Below, one piece after another: positions 1 through 13,900 of a stretch of DNA of 64,000 nucleotides. The stretch comes from Eledone cirrhosa (lineage: Eukaryota). Both the position numbers and the translations under genes were made by a program. The notes beneath the pieces are model-generated. The model did no database searches and was not told the DNA's origin. It saw nothing but the letters and a program-made list of their open reading frames with translations. The DNA is taken from positions 22,630,001 to 22,694,000 of the forward strand of contig OZ024748.1 of NCBI GenBank assembly GCA_964016885.1. The letters are read 5' to 3'. Position 1 is the first letter of the stretch, and each line of letters begins with the position of its first letter.

Positions 1-198
1 GTAGGAGCCCGACGGCTGAGCTCAAGCCGTTTCGACGGCTAATTCTGGACTAGTCAGAATTAGTCCAGAATTAGCCGTCGAAACGGCTTGAGCTCAGCCG
101 TCGGGTCCTACTCGTTCCTATTACCTACTCTACTACCCTAAGTATTGAGTACTTTGGTGCGTTATGGTCCATCTGGTTCCTTACCACATTTCCTCCGT

Positions 199-200
<2 letters not shown>
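1..200 (+). mobile_element. Penelope-like pLTR fragment with fold-back hairpin and 3' half of a hammerhead-like motif
   Basis: Arms 1-52 and 61-111 are reverse complements. GAAA-CGGCT-TGAGCTC-AGCCG-TC forms a palindromic stem III ending in GTC. Bases ~64-179 recur inverted at 59631-59748 next to a PLE ORF. The element ends in a TA microsatellite. Confidence 0.6.
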
Positions 201-552
<352 letters not shown>

Positions 553-555
553 TAA

Positions 556-690
556 GGCGTTCGATTGGCGAGATTGTTAGAGTATCGGATAAAAAATCTT
601 ATAGTAATTATTCTGGTTGAATGGTGAGTTCAAATCCAGCTGAGGTCAACTTTGTCTTTTATCACTCAAAGGTCTATAAGTTGAGTACTA
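556..690 (+). mobile_element. Degenerate tRNA-derived SINE copy
   Basis: ttggcgagattgttagag ... gagttcaaatccagctgaggtcaactttg (A/B-box-like head); similar to copies at 22528, 21950 and 63080. Confidence 0.6.
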
Positions 691-955
691 AATGATATTG
701 CGGGAACGTGGGTGACTGTGAGATTATTTTCTAAATCTGTGAGACGGACGTGGGTGACCAATCACATTATACCCTTGATGCATGAAATGCAACAAGGTTA
801 AGTCGGGATGCTGTTTAAGGATGAATGGGGATGCGGTTATCAAGCATTTGTTCCCCCTCAACTAACAAGCTACAACAACCATTCGCAGAAATTGTAGAAC
901 GAGCTAGACGGTGCTAGACCGATGTACTGCATAGCACAGAGAAGTTTAAAATACC

Positions 956-1172
956 CTCTCTCTCGTTCTCTCTCTCTCTCTCTCTCTCTACCCCTCTCTC
1001 TCTCTCTCTCTCTCTACCTCTACCTCTTTCTCTCTCTATCTCTATCCCTCCCTCTTTCTTTCTTTCTTTCTGTCTCTCTCTCTCTGCATATATATATATA
1101 TGGAGAGAGAGAGAGAGAGAGAGGAAGAGATAGAGAAATATACATATATATATATGTGTGTGTGTATGTATG

Positions 1173-1236
<64 letters not shown>

Positions 1237-1251
1237 GTGTGTGTGTGTATG

Positions 1252-1348
<97 letters not shown>

Positions 1349-1483
1349 ATATATATACACACATATATATATATATATATATAATATATATATATTATAT
1401 ATATATATACACATATGTGTGTACAAACCAGCACACAGACATACGCACATACTCAATTAAAAAAATACAAACGCGCGCACACA

Positions 1484-1526
<43 letters not shown>
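956..1526. repeat. Compound (CT)/(GA)/(TA)/(CA) microsatellites
   Basis: Directly visible. Confidence 0.95.
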
Positions 1527-1529
<3 letters not shown>

Positions 1530-1660
1530 GAGACAGACGCTAAGTAGAAGCTGTTTGATTGCAAGTTTATCACTTGGGACGCTACTCTGTTTTCATGCAC
1601 ACCACTGCAAAATATATCGATATATTTTAGCAAGTGTAACAGAACTGTCTGAAGTGTCTG

Positions 1661-1683
1661 GTTGTCACGGCAACTACATTCCT
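1661..1683. promoter_or_regulatory. Possible RFX X-box (GTTGTCACGGCAAC) overlapping an ACTACA-type motif
   Basis: Imperfect palindrome resembling GTTGCCATGGCAAC, in a short unique-sequence island. Confidence 0.25.
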
Positions 1684-1709
1684 ACATCTAGACCGCCGCC
1701 AGTCGAAAG

Positions 1710-3413
1710 CCACCACCACCACCACCACCAAGCACCACCACCATCACCACCAGCACCACCAAGCACCACCACCAACATCACCACCAGCACCACCAAGCAC
1801 CACCAGCACCACCATCACCACCAAGCACCACCACCATCACCATCACCTCCAGCACCACCAAGCACCACCACCATCACCACCAGCACCACCAAGCACCACC
1901 ACCACCACCACCACCATCACCACCAAGCACCACCACCATCACCATCACCTCCAGCACCACCAAGCACCACCACCATCACCACCAGCACCACCAAGCACCA
2001 CCACCACCACCACCACCAGCACCACCAAGCACCACCACCATCACCACCAGCACGACCTGCACCACCACCAGCACCACCAATACCATCACCAACACCATCA
2101 CCAACACCACCACCACCACCACCACCACCATCACCACCAGCACCACCAAGCACCACCACCACCACCACCATCACCACCAAGCACCAAGCACCACCACCAC
2201 CATCACCACCAAGCACCACCACCATCACCATCACCTCCAGCACCACCAAGCACCACCAAGCACCAAGCACCACCACCATCACCACCAACACCACCAAGCA
2301 CCAGCACCACCACCACCAAGAACCACCACCAATACCACCAACACCACCACCACCATCACCACCAACACCACCAAGCACCACCACCAACACCACCAACACC
2401 ACCACCAGCACCACCAGCACCACTAGCACCAGCACCACCACCACCAAGAACCACCACCAATACCACCAACACCACCACCACCACCACCACCACCATCACC
2501 ACCAGCACCACCAAGCACCACCACCAGCACCACCAGCACCACCAATACCAACACCAGCACCAGCACCACCATCACCACCAGCACCACCAAGCACCACCAC
2601 CAGCACCACCAATAACATCACCAACACCACCACCACCATCACCACCAATACCAACACCATCACAACCATCACCACCACCAACACCATCACCACCAAAGCC
2701 GCCACTACCACCAGCACCTCCAATACCATCACCACCACCACCATCACAACCACCACCACACCACTACTATCACCACCACCACCACCACCACCACTACTAT
2801 CACCACCACCACCACCACCACCATCACAACCACCACCACCACCACAACCACTACTATCACCACCACCACCACCACTACTATCACCACCATCACAACCACC
2901 ACCACCACCACCACACCACTACTATCACCACCACCACCACTACCACTACTATCACCACCACCACCACAACCAAAACCACCACCAGTACCACCACCACAAC
3001 CACTACTATCACCACCACCACCATCACAACCACCACCACAACCACAACCACTACTATCACCACCACCATCACTACTATCACCACCACCACAACCACTACT
3101 ATCACAACCACCACCACCATCACTACTATCACCACCACCACCACAACCACCACCAGCACCACCACCACCACCATCACCACTACTATCACCACCACCACTA
3201 CCACCACCACAACCACTACTACCACTACTATCACTACCACCACCACAACCACTACTACCACTACTATCACCACCACAACCACTACTACCACCACCAGCAG
3301 CACCACCACCACCATCACAACCACCACCACAACCACTACTATCACCACCACCACCACAACCACAACCACCACCACCACCGTTACAACCACCACCACTATC
3401 ACCACCACCACCA
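1710..3413. repeat. Cryptic (CAC)n trinucleotide tract with CAA/CAG/CAT/TAC variants
   Basis: 1.7 kb of CAC-based triplets; source of the poly-H/P/T and poly-V/G ORFs. Confidence 0.95.
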
Positions 3414-3790
3414 ACTAATACTATTTTGATAATCATTGGAATGCTATTGATTTCTGGTTTCACAGTTATATTTTTTGTATATATACACCCACTAGCAACC
3501 CCACATACGTACATATATACATATATACATATATACATACACACATACATACATACATACATACATACATACACACACACAGACACGCATACATGCATTC
3601 CTATATACACACACACATACATACATGCATGCATGTATACATAAATATATTCACACATACACACACATTCATATGTACATATGCATACGTACATACAAAT
3701 ATACATAAATGCATACATACATACATACTTACATACAAATTTGTGAAATTATAAAACCAGAAGAACATACATATATACATACATACATAC

Positions 3791-4144
3791 AAATGCAGGC
3801 ATAACAGACCAGATATTATGATATGGCACAGGGAAGAGAAGACATGCACAGTAATGGAAGTTAGCTGCCCAGCAGATGCCAATATAATATCAAAGATTAG
3901 CGAAAAGGAGAATATTTATGCAGAACTAATGAGAAATTTGTAGATACTCCACCCTGATTACACCTTTAGATTTATACCTGTGATTATTGAGGCACTGGGG
4001 TATGTTAGTAACTGCCTCAATACAAATCTTGAGAAGCTGGGCTTCACATGAACAGAAAGAACACAACTAGTTAGGAAATTACAAGTACAATCCATTAATG
4101 GAACAGTAAAAATATGTAAAACATTCCAAAAATTCTGCATCTAA
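3791..4144 (+). mobile_element. 5'-truncated R4/Dong-type non-LTR retrotransposon, restriction-like endonuclease C-terminus (decayed)
   Basis: Manual translation KCRHNRPDIMIWHREEKTCTVMEVSCPADANI / KISEKENIYAELMRNL*ILHPDYTFRFIPVIIEALGY...GTVKICKTFQKFCI* shows RPD...E...K and PVIIGALG-like motifs, with a frameshift and stops. It sits in (CATA)n/(CA)n. Confidence 0.85.
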
Positions 4145-4266
4145 TAACTGCATATACACATGTACAGATACAAAGCATATAGACATGCACACATACAAAG
4201 CATATACACATGCACACATACAACTCAAAATATCCACATCCACACATGCAATAACATCCATACCTG

Positions 4267-4355
<89 letters not shown>

Positions 4356-4490
4356 GAGAGAGAGAGAGCGAGAGAGGGACAGAGAGAGAGAAAGACAGAC
4401 AGGCAGATAGATTGACAGATAAATGTGTCTGTGTCTGTGTGTGGTGTGTGTATGTGTGTATGTATATATACATATATGTGTGTGTGCCTG

Positions 4491-4530
<40 letters not shown>

Positions 4531-4532
4531 GA

Positions 4533-5361
4533 ATAAAGTGGTCCTTCATCAGTGATCTTCCAACCATCATCGGTATTTCTTTGCTTTAAAGATCATATAC
4601 CTCCGGTTGGTGCGAGCAGCGACTAAAGAAAGTCGTTGAGACACGTAAATAAAGGGAACAGCGAGAGTGTAAACAAACAAAGATGGTGAAGCAACGAAAA
4701 GGGAGGAAGAACGAGTCAAGTCCCAAATTTCCATGAATATAAGTTCGGTGAAATCGTGAACGAGAGAGAATAAAGACCATCAAACCTGGTTGAAATGCGA
4801 GCAAGGAAGGAATTCCGCACAGGTCTAACGGGAGGAAGAAGGGGTCTAGTCCGTGAATTCGGTGAACATAAGTTCTGTGAAATCGTAGACGAGAGAGAGA
4901 AAAAATGCCGACCGGCATGGCCAAGAGTGCGAAAGAAAAGAATTACGCACAGGTCAAACGGGAAGAAGGAGGAGGAGGAGAGGTAGTAACAGAGAGTGAG
5001 TGAGTGAAGGGTGAGGAAGAGGCTAACAGAGAGAGTGACTGCTAGAGAGGGTAAAGATACAGAGAAAGAGGAAGCAGTAAGAACGAAATAGACGGGTCAC
5101 AGCGGGGGAAAAAATATGAGAATAAACGTGCTGCGGAGTTGCAAATGGGTTACATATGATAAAGTGGTCCTTCATCAGTGATCTTCCAACCATTATCGGT
5201 ATTGCTTCGCTTTAAAGACCATATACCTTCGGTTGGTGCGAGCAACGGCTAAAGAAAGTCGTTGGGACACGTAAATAAGGGGAACAGCGAGAGTGTAAAC
5301 AAACAAAGATGGTGAAGCAACGAAAAGTGAGGAAGAACGAGTCAAGTCCCAAATTTCCATG
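4533..5361. mobile_element. Non-coding element with 203-bp direct terminal repeats, flanked by (TA)n
   Basis: 4533-4735 matches 5159-5361 (offset 626); internal ~130-bp diverged tandem duplication; TA tracts on both sides. Confidence 0.65.
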
Positions 5362-5384
5362 TATATATATATATAAAGTCTGTC

Positions 5385-5484
5385 TTAAGCCAGAAGGCTC
5401 ATTTGGCCGGTGCTTATCGCGGTTTCATTGCGCGAATCGACAGAGAATATAAGACTTTCCCCTGGACAGACGCCAGTCCACGCA
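5385..5484 (-). mobile_element. Possible SINE fragment
   Basis: ggccggtgcttatc...ggtttc...cccctggacagacgccagtcca resembles, from memory, the antisense of an invertebrate SINE body. Confidence 0.3.
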
Positions 5485-5668
5485 AATATATATATAAATA
5501 TATATATATATCATCCACTTTTCTAAAAAAAACAAATCATACACAAAACGCCAGCACCGACAGTTTTGCAAGAGATGTCAACATAAATGGACCTGTTATT
5601 TTTATCTAAAGACATTTTTTCCAATTCCATCCCGCCCGTTCTCTCAATCTATTTTATTTCTCGTTCTT

Positions 5669-5704
5669 TCTTCTGGTGAAGGACTAGCGCCCGAAACGTT
5701 AAGA
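5669..5704 (+). ncRNA. Degenerate minimal type I hammerhead-like motif in a pLTR-like segment
   Basis: TCTT-CTGGTGA-AGGACTAGCGCCC-GAAA-CG-TT-AAGA; stem I TCTT/AAGA, palindromic ACGT stem III; A6 is G. Confidence 0.4.
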
Positions 5705-5791
5705 CCCTCTTCCTGCTATATCAAGCGTTAACCTAATATACACCTTCCATATACTGAACCGATTGTGTTGTTATTTCTGTTTACCTTTTAC

Positions 5792-5849
<58 letters not shown>

Positions 5850-6204
5850 ATACTTTGGGAGGGTCATGTTGCCAATAAGAAACACACGCACCAGTTGCTT
5901 TCACTTCAATTTAATTTATTATATATTTATAAATTTACAAATTTATAAATTTCTGGTTGGTTGGTTGGTTCCACAACCAGATAGTTGTTTATATATATAT
6001 AGTCATAGTTCTTTCGTCACACACTCTGTGACCTCTTCAGTGACTGGGGATTTCTTTCTTCGTTTCTGTGCCTTTCCTTTCTTCTATCCTACGCCATTTT
6101 GTTTGTGTGTGGGTTATATATATATATATATTATTCTTTGATTATGAGAATATTTTTCATTTATTAATATTTTGAATAATATTAAATACTCCAGGAAATT
6201 TTTT

Positions 6205-6430
6205 TGTCGAGTGCTTCTAATCTATTGTATATATATATATATATGTATGTATATATATATATACATATATATACATATGTATATATGAACATACAAACAT
6301 AATATATATTTGCTGGTATACTGTCGGGTGCTTCTAATCTATTGTATATATATATGTATATATATATATATTCATATATATACATATGTATATATGAACA
6401 TACAAACATAATATATATTTGCTGGTATAC
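6205..6430. repeat. Two-copy ~115-bp tandem duplication containing TA microsatellite
   Basis: tgtcgRgtgcttctaatctattgtatat...tttgctggtatac occurs twice. Confidence 0.85.
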
Positions 6431-6764
6431 AAATCATGTACAGATGCGTATATATTCATGCAAATATACATACATGTTAGGTCATCTGATACGTTAGAGG
6501 TTGAATTATAAGTTGAATTTGTGTCGTTTCCTTTATATTTATTTATATATTTATTTATTTATATATTTATTTGTTTATTTATATATTTATTTGTTTATTT
6601 ATTTACAAGTAGGAAAATTTCTTTCATGTCTCACAGTGGTAAATGCTATAGACATATAATACATTATCATTTCGATATCGTATTATGACAAAAACCAGAT
6701 TTTAGCGGATAGCGATGACAAATAGAAACAATATTTTATTTTCAGCTATTTTAAACCATTGTTG

Positions 6765-6872
6765 AATTGATTGGTAGTATCGATAGAGCGTTAGACTCCA
6801 TGCTTTGTCAAATAGAGTTATGGGTCTTTATATTCTGAGTTTAAATACGCCAAAGATATATTTGTCTTCATG
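6765..6872 (+). mobile_element. Highly decayed SINE copy
   Basis: ttggtagtatcgatagagcgttagac...ttctgagtttaaatacgcc similar to the other SINE heads. Confidence 0.4.
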
Positions 6873-7086
6873 TTCAGTAACGACCACACTTTCACATCCA
6901 AGCATCATTCAGATGCAATCTAGACACCACTCTTTAAATTTACACTGACTCTATGAACACGAACTACAGAAATATCCTTTAAAGATATCATACTTATTGT
7001 GTTTCATTTAACAAATCATAATCACTCTATCTAGAAAACATAATCACGCAAAAGAAACAAAATGCAAATAAATCTCTCACAATCCT

Positions 7087-7850
7087 AGGTCTTGAAATTA
7101 CAGGATTTATTTCACAAACCATTGAAATGAAAGACTTTGAAATCACTGTGGATTTATTTCACAAACCATTGAAATGAAAGACCTTGGAATCTATGGATTT
7201 ATTTCACAAACCATTGAAATGAAAGTCTTTGGAATCTGTAGATTTATTTCACAAACCATTGAAATGAAAGACTTTGGAATCACTGTGGATTTATTTCACA
7301 AACCATTGAAATGAAAGACCTTGGAATCTGTGGATTTATTTCACAAACCATTGAAATGAAAGACTTTGGAATCTGTGGATTTATTTCACAAACCATTGAA
7401 ATACCAGGCCTTGGAATCACTGTGGATTTATTTCACAAACCATTGAAATACCAGGCCTTGGAATCACTGTGGATTTATTTCACAAACCATTGAAATACCA
7501 GGCCTTGGAATCTGTGAATTTATTTCACAAACCATTGAAATACCAGGCCTTGGAATCTGTGAATTTATTTCACAAACCATTGAAATGCCAGGCCTTGGAA
7601 TCTGTGGATTTATTTCACAAACCATTGAAATGCCAGGCCTTGGAATCACTGTGGATTTATTTCACAAACCATTGAAATCCAAGGCCTTGGAATCACTGGA
7701 TTTATTTCACAAACCATTGAAATCCAAGGCCTTGGAATCACTGTGGATTTATTTCACAAACCATTGAAATGAAAGACTTTGGAATCACTGGATTTATTTC
7801 ACAAACCATTGAAATCCAAGGCCTTGGAATCCAGGTGAATTTATCTTACA
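7087..7850. repeat. 42/44-bp minisatellite (~18 units)
   Basis: Unit ggatttatttcacaaaccattgaaat(gaaagact|accaggcc)ttggaatc(ac)tgt. Confidence 0.95.
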
Positions 7851-7955
7851 GACCCTTTAAATCATTGTTTATACTAAAGTGAAACATATCCAAATGGTAA
7901 TTAAACTAGGACACTTTTTATTAAAAACTTATTAACTTTAAAGCTTAACATATAG

Positions 7956-10900
7956 TACAATAGAGTACCTGTGTCATATATAAGACATTCATGCTGTAAC
8001 ACACACGGGAGGCCAAGTAAGACTTACAATAAAGTACCTGTGTCATATATAAGACAGTCATGCTGTAACACACACGGGAGGCCAAGTAAGACTTACAATA
8101 GAGTACCTGAGTCATATATAAGACAGTCATGCTGTAACACACACGGGAGGCCAAGTAAGACTTACAATAGAGTACCTGTGTCATATATAAAACAGTCATG
8201 CTGTAACACACACGGGAGGCCAAGTAAGACTTACAATAGAGTACCTGTGTCATATATAAGACAGTCATGCTGTAACACACACGGGAGGCCAAGTAAGACT
8301 TACAATAAAGTACCTGTGTCATATATAAGACAGTCATGCTGTAACACACACGGGAGGCCAAGTAAGACTTACAATAGAGTACCTGTGTCATATATAAGAC
8401 AGTCATGCTGTAACACACACGGGAGGCCAAGTAAGACTTACAATAAAGTACCTGTGTCATATATAAGACAGTCATGCTGTAACACACACGGGAGGCCAAG
8501 TAAGACTTACAATAGAGTACCTGTGTCATATATAAGACAGTCATGCTGTAACACACACGGGAGGCCAAGTAAGACTTACAATAAAGTACATGTGTCATAT
8601 ATAAGACAGTCATGCTGTAACACACACGGGAGGCCAAGTAAGACTTACAATAGAGTACCTGTGTCATATATAAGACAGTCATGCTGTAACACACACGGGA
8701 GGCCAAGTAAGACTTACAATAAAGTACCTGTGTCATATATAAGACAGTCATGCTGTAACACACACGGGAGGCCAAGTAAGACTTACAATAGAGTACCTGT
8801 GTCATATATAAGACAGTCATGCTGTAACACACACGGGAGGCCAAGTAAGACTTACAATAGAGTACCTGTGTCATATATAAGACAGTCATGCTGTAACACA
8901 CACGGGAGGCCAAGTAAGACTTACAATAAAGTACCTGTGTCATATATAAGACAGTCATGCTGTAACACACACGGGAGGCCAAGTAAGACTTACAATAGAG
9001 TACCTGTGTCATATATAAGACAGTCATGCTGTAACACACACGGGAGGCCCAGTAAGACTTACAATAGAGTACCTGTGTCATATATAAGACAGTCATGCTG
9101 TAACACACACGGGAGGCCAAGTAAGACTTACAATAGAGTACCTGTGTCATATATAAGACAGTCATGCTGTAACACACACGGGAGGTCAAGTAAGACTTAC
9201 AATAGAGTACCTGTGTCATATATAAGACAGTCATGCTGTAACACACACGACAGGCCCAGTAAGACTTACAATAGAGTACCTGTGTCATATATAAGACAGT
9301 CATGCTGTAACACACACGGGAGGCCCAGTAAGACTTATAATAGAGTACCTGTGTCATATATAAGACAGTCATGCTGTAACATACACGACAGGCCCAGTAA
9401 GACTTACAATAGACTACCTGTGTCATATATAAGACAGTCATGCTGTAACACACACGGGAGGCCAAGTAAAACTTACAATAGAGTACCTGTGTCATATATA
9501 AGACAGTCATGCTGTAACACACACGGGAGGCCAAGTAAGACTTACAATAGAGTACCTGTCTCATATATAAGACAGTCATGCTGTAACACACACGGGAGGC
9601 CCAGTAAGACTTATAATAGAGTACTTGTGTCATATATAAGACAGTCATGCTGTAACACACACGGGAGGTCCAGTAAGACTTACAATAGAGTACATGTGTC
9701 ATATATAAGACAGTCATGCTGTAACACACACGGGAGACCAAGTAAGACTTACAATAGAGTACCTGTGTCATATATAAGACAGTCATGCTGTAACACACAC
9801 GGGAGACCAAGTAAGACTTACAATAGAGTACATGTGTCATATATAAGACAGTCATGCTGTAACACACACGGGAGGTCCAGTAAGACTTACAATAGAGTAC
9901 CTGTGTCATATATAAGACAGTCATGCTGTAACACACACGGGAGACCAAGTAAGACTTACAATAGAGTACCTGTGTCATATATAAGACAGTCATGCTGTAA
10001 CACACACGGCAGGCCAAGTAAGACTTACAATAGAGTACCTGTGTCATATATAAGACAGTCATGCTGTAACATACACGGGAGGCCAAGTAAGACTTACAAT
10101 AGAGTACCTGTGTCATATATGAGACAGTCATGCTGTAACACACACGGGAGGTCCAGTAAGACTTACAATAGAGTACCTGTGTCATATATAAGACAGTCAT
10201 GTTGTAACACACACGGGAGGTCCAGTAAGACTTACAATAGAGTACCTGTGTCATATATAAGACAGTCATGCTGTAACACACACGGGAGGCCAAGTAAGAC
10301 TTACAATAGAGTACCTGTGTCATATATAAGACAGTCATGCTGTAACACACACGGCAGGCCAAGTAAGACTTACAATAGAGTACCTGTGTCATATATAAGA
10401 CAGTCATGCTATAACATACACGGGAGGCCAAGTAAGACTTACAATAGAGTACCTGTGTCATATATAAGACAGTCATGCTGTAACACACACGGGAGGTCAA
10501 GTAAGACTTACAATAGAGTACCTGTGTCATATATAAGACAGTCATGCTGTAACACACACGGCAGGCCAAGTAAGACTTACAATAGACTACCTGTGTCATA
10601 TATAAGACAGTCATGCTGTAACACACACGGGAGGTCCAGTAAGACTTACAATAGAGTACCTGTGTCATATATAAGACAGTCATGTTGTAACACACACGGG
10701 AGGTCCAGTAAGACTTACAATAGAGTACCTGTGTCATATATAAGACAGTCATGCTGTAACATACACGGGAGGCTCAGTAAGACTTACAATAGAGTACCTG
10801 TGTCATATATAAGACAGTCATGCTGTAACACACACGGGAGGCCAAGTAAGACTTACAATAGAGTACCTGTGTCATATATAAGACAGTCATGCTGTAACAC

Positions 10901-13900
10901 ACACGGGAGGCCAAGTAAGACTTACAATAGAGTACCTGTGTCATATATAAGACAGTCATGCTGTAACACACACGGGAGGCCCGGTAAGACTTACAATAGA
11001 GTACCTGTGTCATATATAAGACAGTCATGCTGTAACACACACGGGAGGCCAAGTAAGACTTACAATATAGTACCTGTGTCATATATAAGACAGTCATGCT
11101 GTAACATACACGGGAGGCCAAGTAAGACTTACAATAGAGTACCTGTGTCATATATAAGACAGTCATGCTGTAACACACACGGGAGGCCAAGTAAGACTTA
11201 CAATAGAGTACCTGTGTCATATAGAAGACAGTCATGCTGTAACACACACGGGAGGTCAAGTAAGACTTACAATAGAGTACCTGTGTCATATAGAAGACAG
11301 TCATGCTGTAACACACACGGGAGGCCCAGTAAGACTTACAATAGAGTACCTGTGTCATATATAAGACAGTCATGGCTGTAACACACACGGGAGGCCAAGT
11401 AAGACTTACAATAGAGTACATGTGTCATATATAAGACAGTCATGCTGTAACACACACGGGAGGCCAAGTAAGACTTACAATAGAGTACCTGTGTCATATA
11501 TAAGACAGTCATGCTGTAACACACACGGCAGGCCAAGTAAGACTTACAATAGAGTACCTGTGTCATATATAAGACAGTCATGCTGTAACATACACGGGAG
11601 GCCAAGTAAGACTTACAATAGAGTACCTGTGTCATATATAAGACAGTCATGCTGTAACACACACGGGAGGTCCAGTAAGACTTACAATAGAGTACCTGTG
11701 TCATATATAAGACAGTCATGTTGTAACACACACGGGAGGTCCAGTAAGACTTACAATAGAGTACCTGTGTCATATATAAGACAGTCATGCTGTAACACAC
11801 ACGGGAGGCCAAGTAAGACTTACAATAGAGTACCTGTGTCATATATAAGACAGTCATGCTGTAACACACACGGCAGGCCAAGTAAGACTTACAATAGAGT
11901 ACCTGTGTCATATATAAGACAGTCATGCTATAACATACACGGGAGGCCAAGTAAGACTTACAATAGAGTACCTGTGTCATATATAAGACAGTCATGCTGT
12001 AACACACACGGGAGGTCAAGTAAGACTTACAATAGAGTACCTGTGTCATATATAAGACAGTCATGCTGTAACACACACGGCAGGCCAAGTAAGACTTACA
12101 ATAGACTACCTGTGTCATATATATGACAGTCATGCTGTAACACACACGGGAGGTCCAGTAAGACTTACAATAGAGTACCTGTGTCATATATAAGACAGTC
12201 ATGTTGTAACACACACGGGAGGTCCAGTAAGACTTACAATAGAGTACCTGTGTCATATATAAGACAGTCATGCTCTAACACACACGGGAGGCCAAGTAAG
12301 ACTTACAATAGAGTACCTGTGTCATATATAAGACAGTCATGCTGTAACACACACGGGAGGCCAAGTAAGACTTACAATAGAGTACCTGTGTCATATATAA
12401 GACAGTCATGCTGTAACACACACGGGAGGCCCAGTAAGACTTACAATAGAGTACCTGTGTCATATATGAGACAGTCATGCTGTAACACACACGGGAGGCC
12501 AAGTAAGACTTACAATAGAGTACCTGTGTCATATATAAAACAGTCATGCTGTAACACACACGGGAGGCCAAGTAAGACTTACAATAGAGTACCTGTGTCA
12601 TATATAAGACAGTCATGCTGTAACACACACGGGAGGCCAAGTAAGACTTACAATAGAGTACCTGTGTCATATAGAAGACAGTTATGCTGTAACACACACG
12701 GGAGGTCAAGTAAGACTTACAATAGAGTACCTGTGTCATATAGAAGACAGTCATGCTGTAACACACACGGGAGGCCCAGTAAGACTTACAATAGAGTACC
12801 TGTGTCATATATAAGACAGTCATGGCTGTAACACACACGGGAGGCCAAGTAAGACTTACAATAGAGTACATGTGTCATATATAAGACAGTCATGCTGTAA
12901 CACACACGGGAGGCCAAGTAAGACTTACAATAGAGTACCTGTGTCATATATAAGACAGTCATGCTGTAACACACACGGGAGGTCAAGTAAGACTTACAAT
13001 AGAATACCTGTGTCATATAGAAGACAGTCATGCTGTAACACACACGGGAGGCCAAATAAGACTTACAATAGAGTACCTGTGTCATATATAAGACAGTCAT
13101 GCTGTAACACACACGGGAGGCCAAGTAAGACTTACAATAGAGTACCTGTGTCATATATAAGACAGTCATGCTGTAACACACACGGGAGGCCAAGTAAGAC
13201 TTACAATAGAGTACCTGTGTCATATATAAGACAGTCATGCTGTAACACACACGGGAGGCCAAGTAAGACTTACAATAGACTACCTGTGTCATATATAAGA
13301 CAGTCATGCTGTAACACACACGACAGGCCCAGTAAGACTTACAATAGAGTACCTGTGTCATATATAAGACAGTCATGCTGTAACACACACGGGAGGCCAA
13401 GTAAGACTTACAATAGAGTACCTGTGTCATATATAAGACAGTCATGCTGTAACACACACGGGAGGCCAAGTAAGACTTACAATAAAGTACCTGTGTCATA
13501 TATAAGACAGTCATGCTGTAACACACACGGGAGGCCCAGTAAGACTTACAATAGAGTACCTGTGTCATATATAAGACAGTCATGCTGTAACACACACGAC
13601 AGGCCCAGTAAGACTTACAATAGAGTACCTGTATCATATATAAGACAGTCATGCTGTAACACACACGACAGGCCCAGTAAGACTTACAATAGAGTACCTG
13701 TGTCATATATAAGACAGTCATGCTGTAACACACACGGGAGGCCCAGTAAGACTTACAATAGAGTACCTGTGTCATATATAAGACAGTCATGCTGTAACAC
13801 ACACGGGAGGCCAAGTAAGACTTACAATAAAGTACCTGTGTCATATATAAGACAGTCATGCTGTAACACACACGGGAGGCCAAGTAAGACTTACAATAGA

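Noticed and set aside
1237-3718. 730-aa His/Pro/Thr-rich ORF and antisense Gly/Val-rich ORFs
   Set aside because: Derived from (CAC)n and dinucleotide microsatellites, which are open in several frames; no splice or domain evidence
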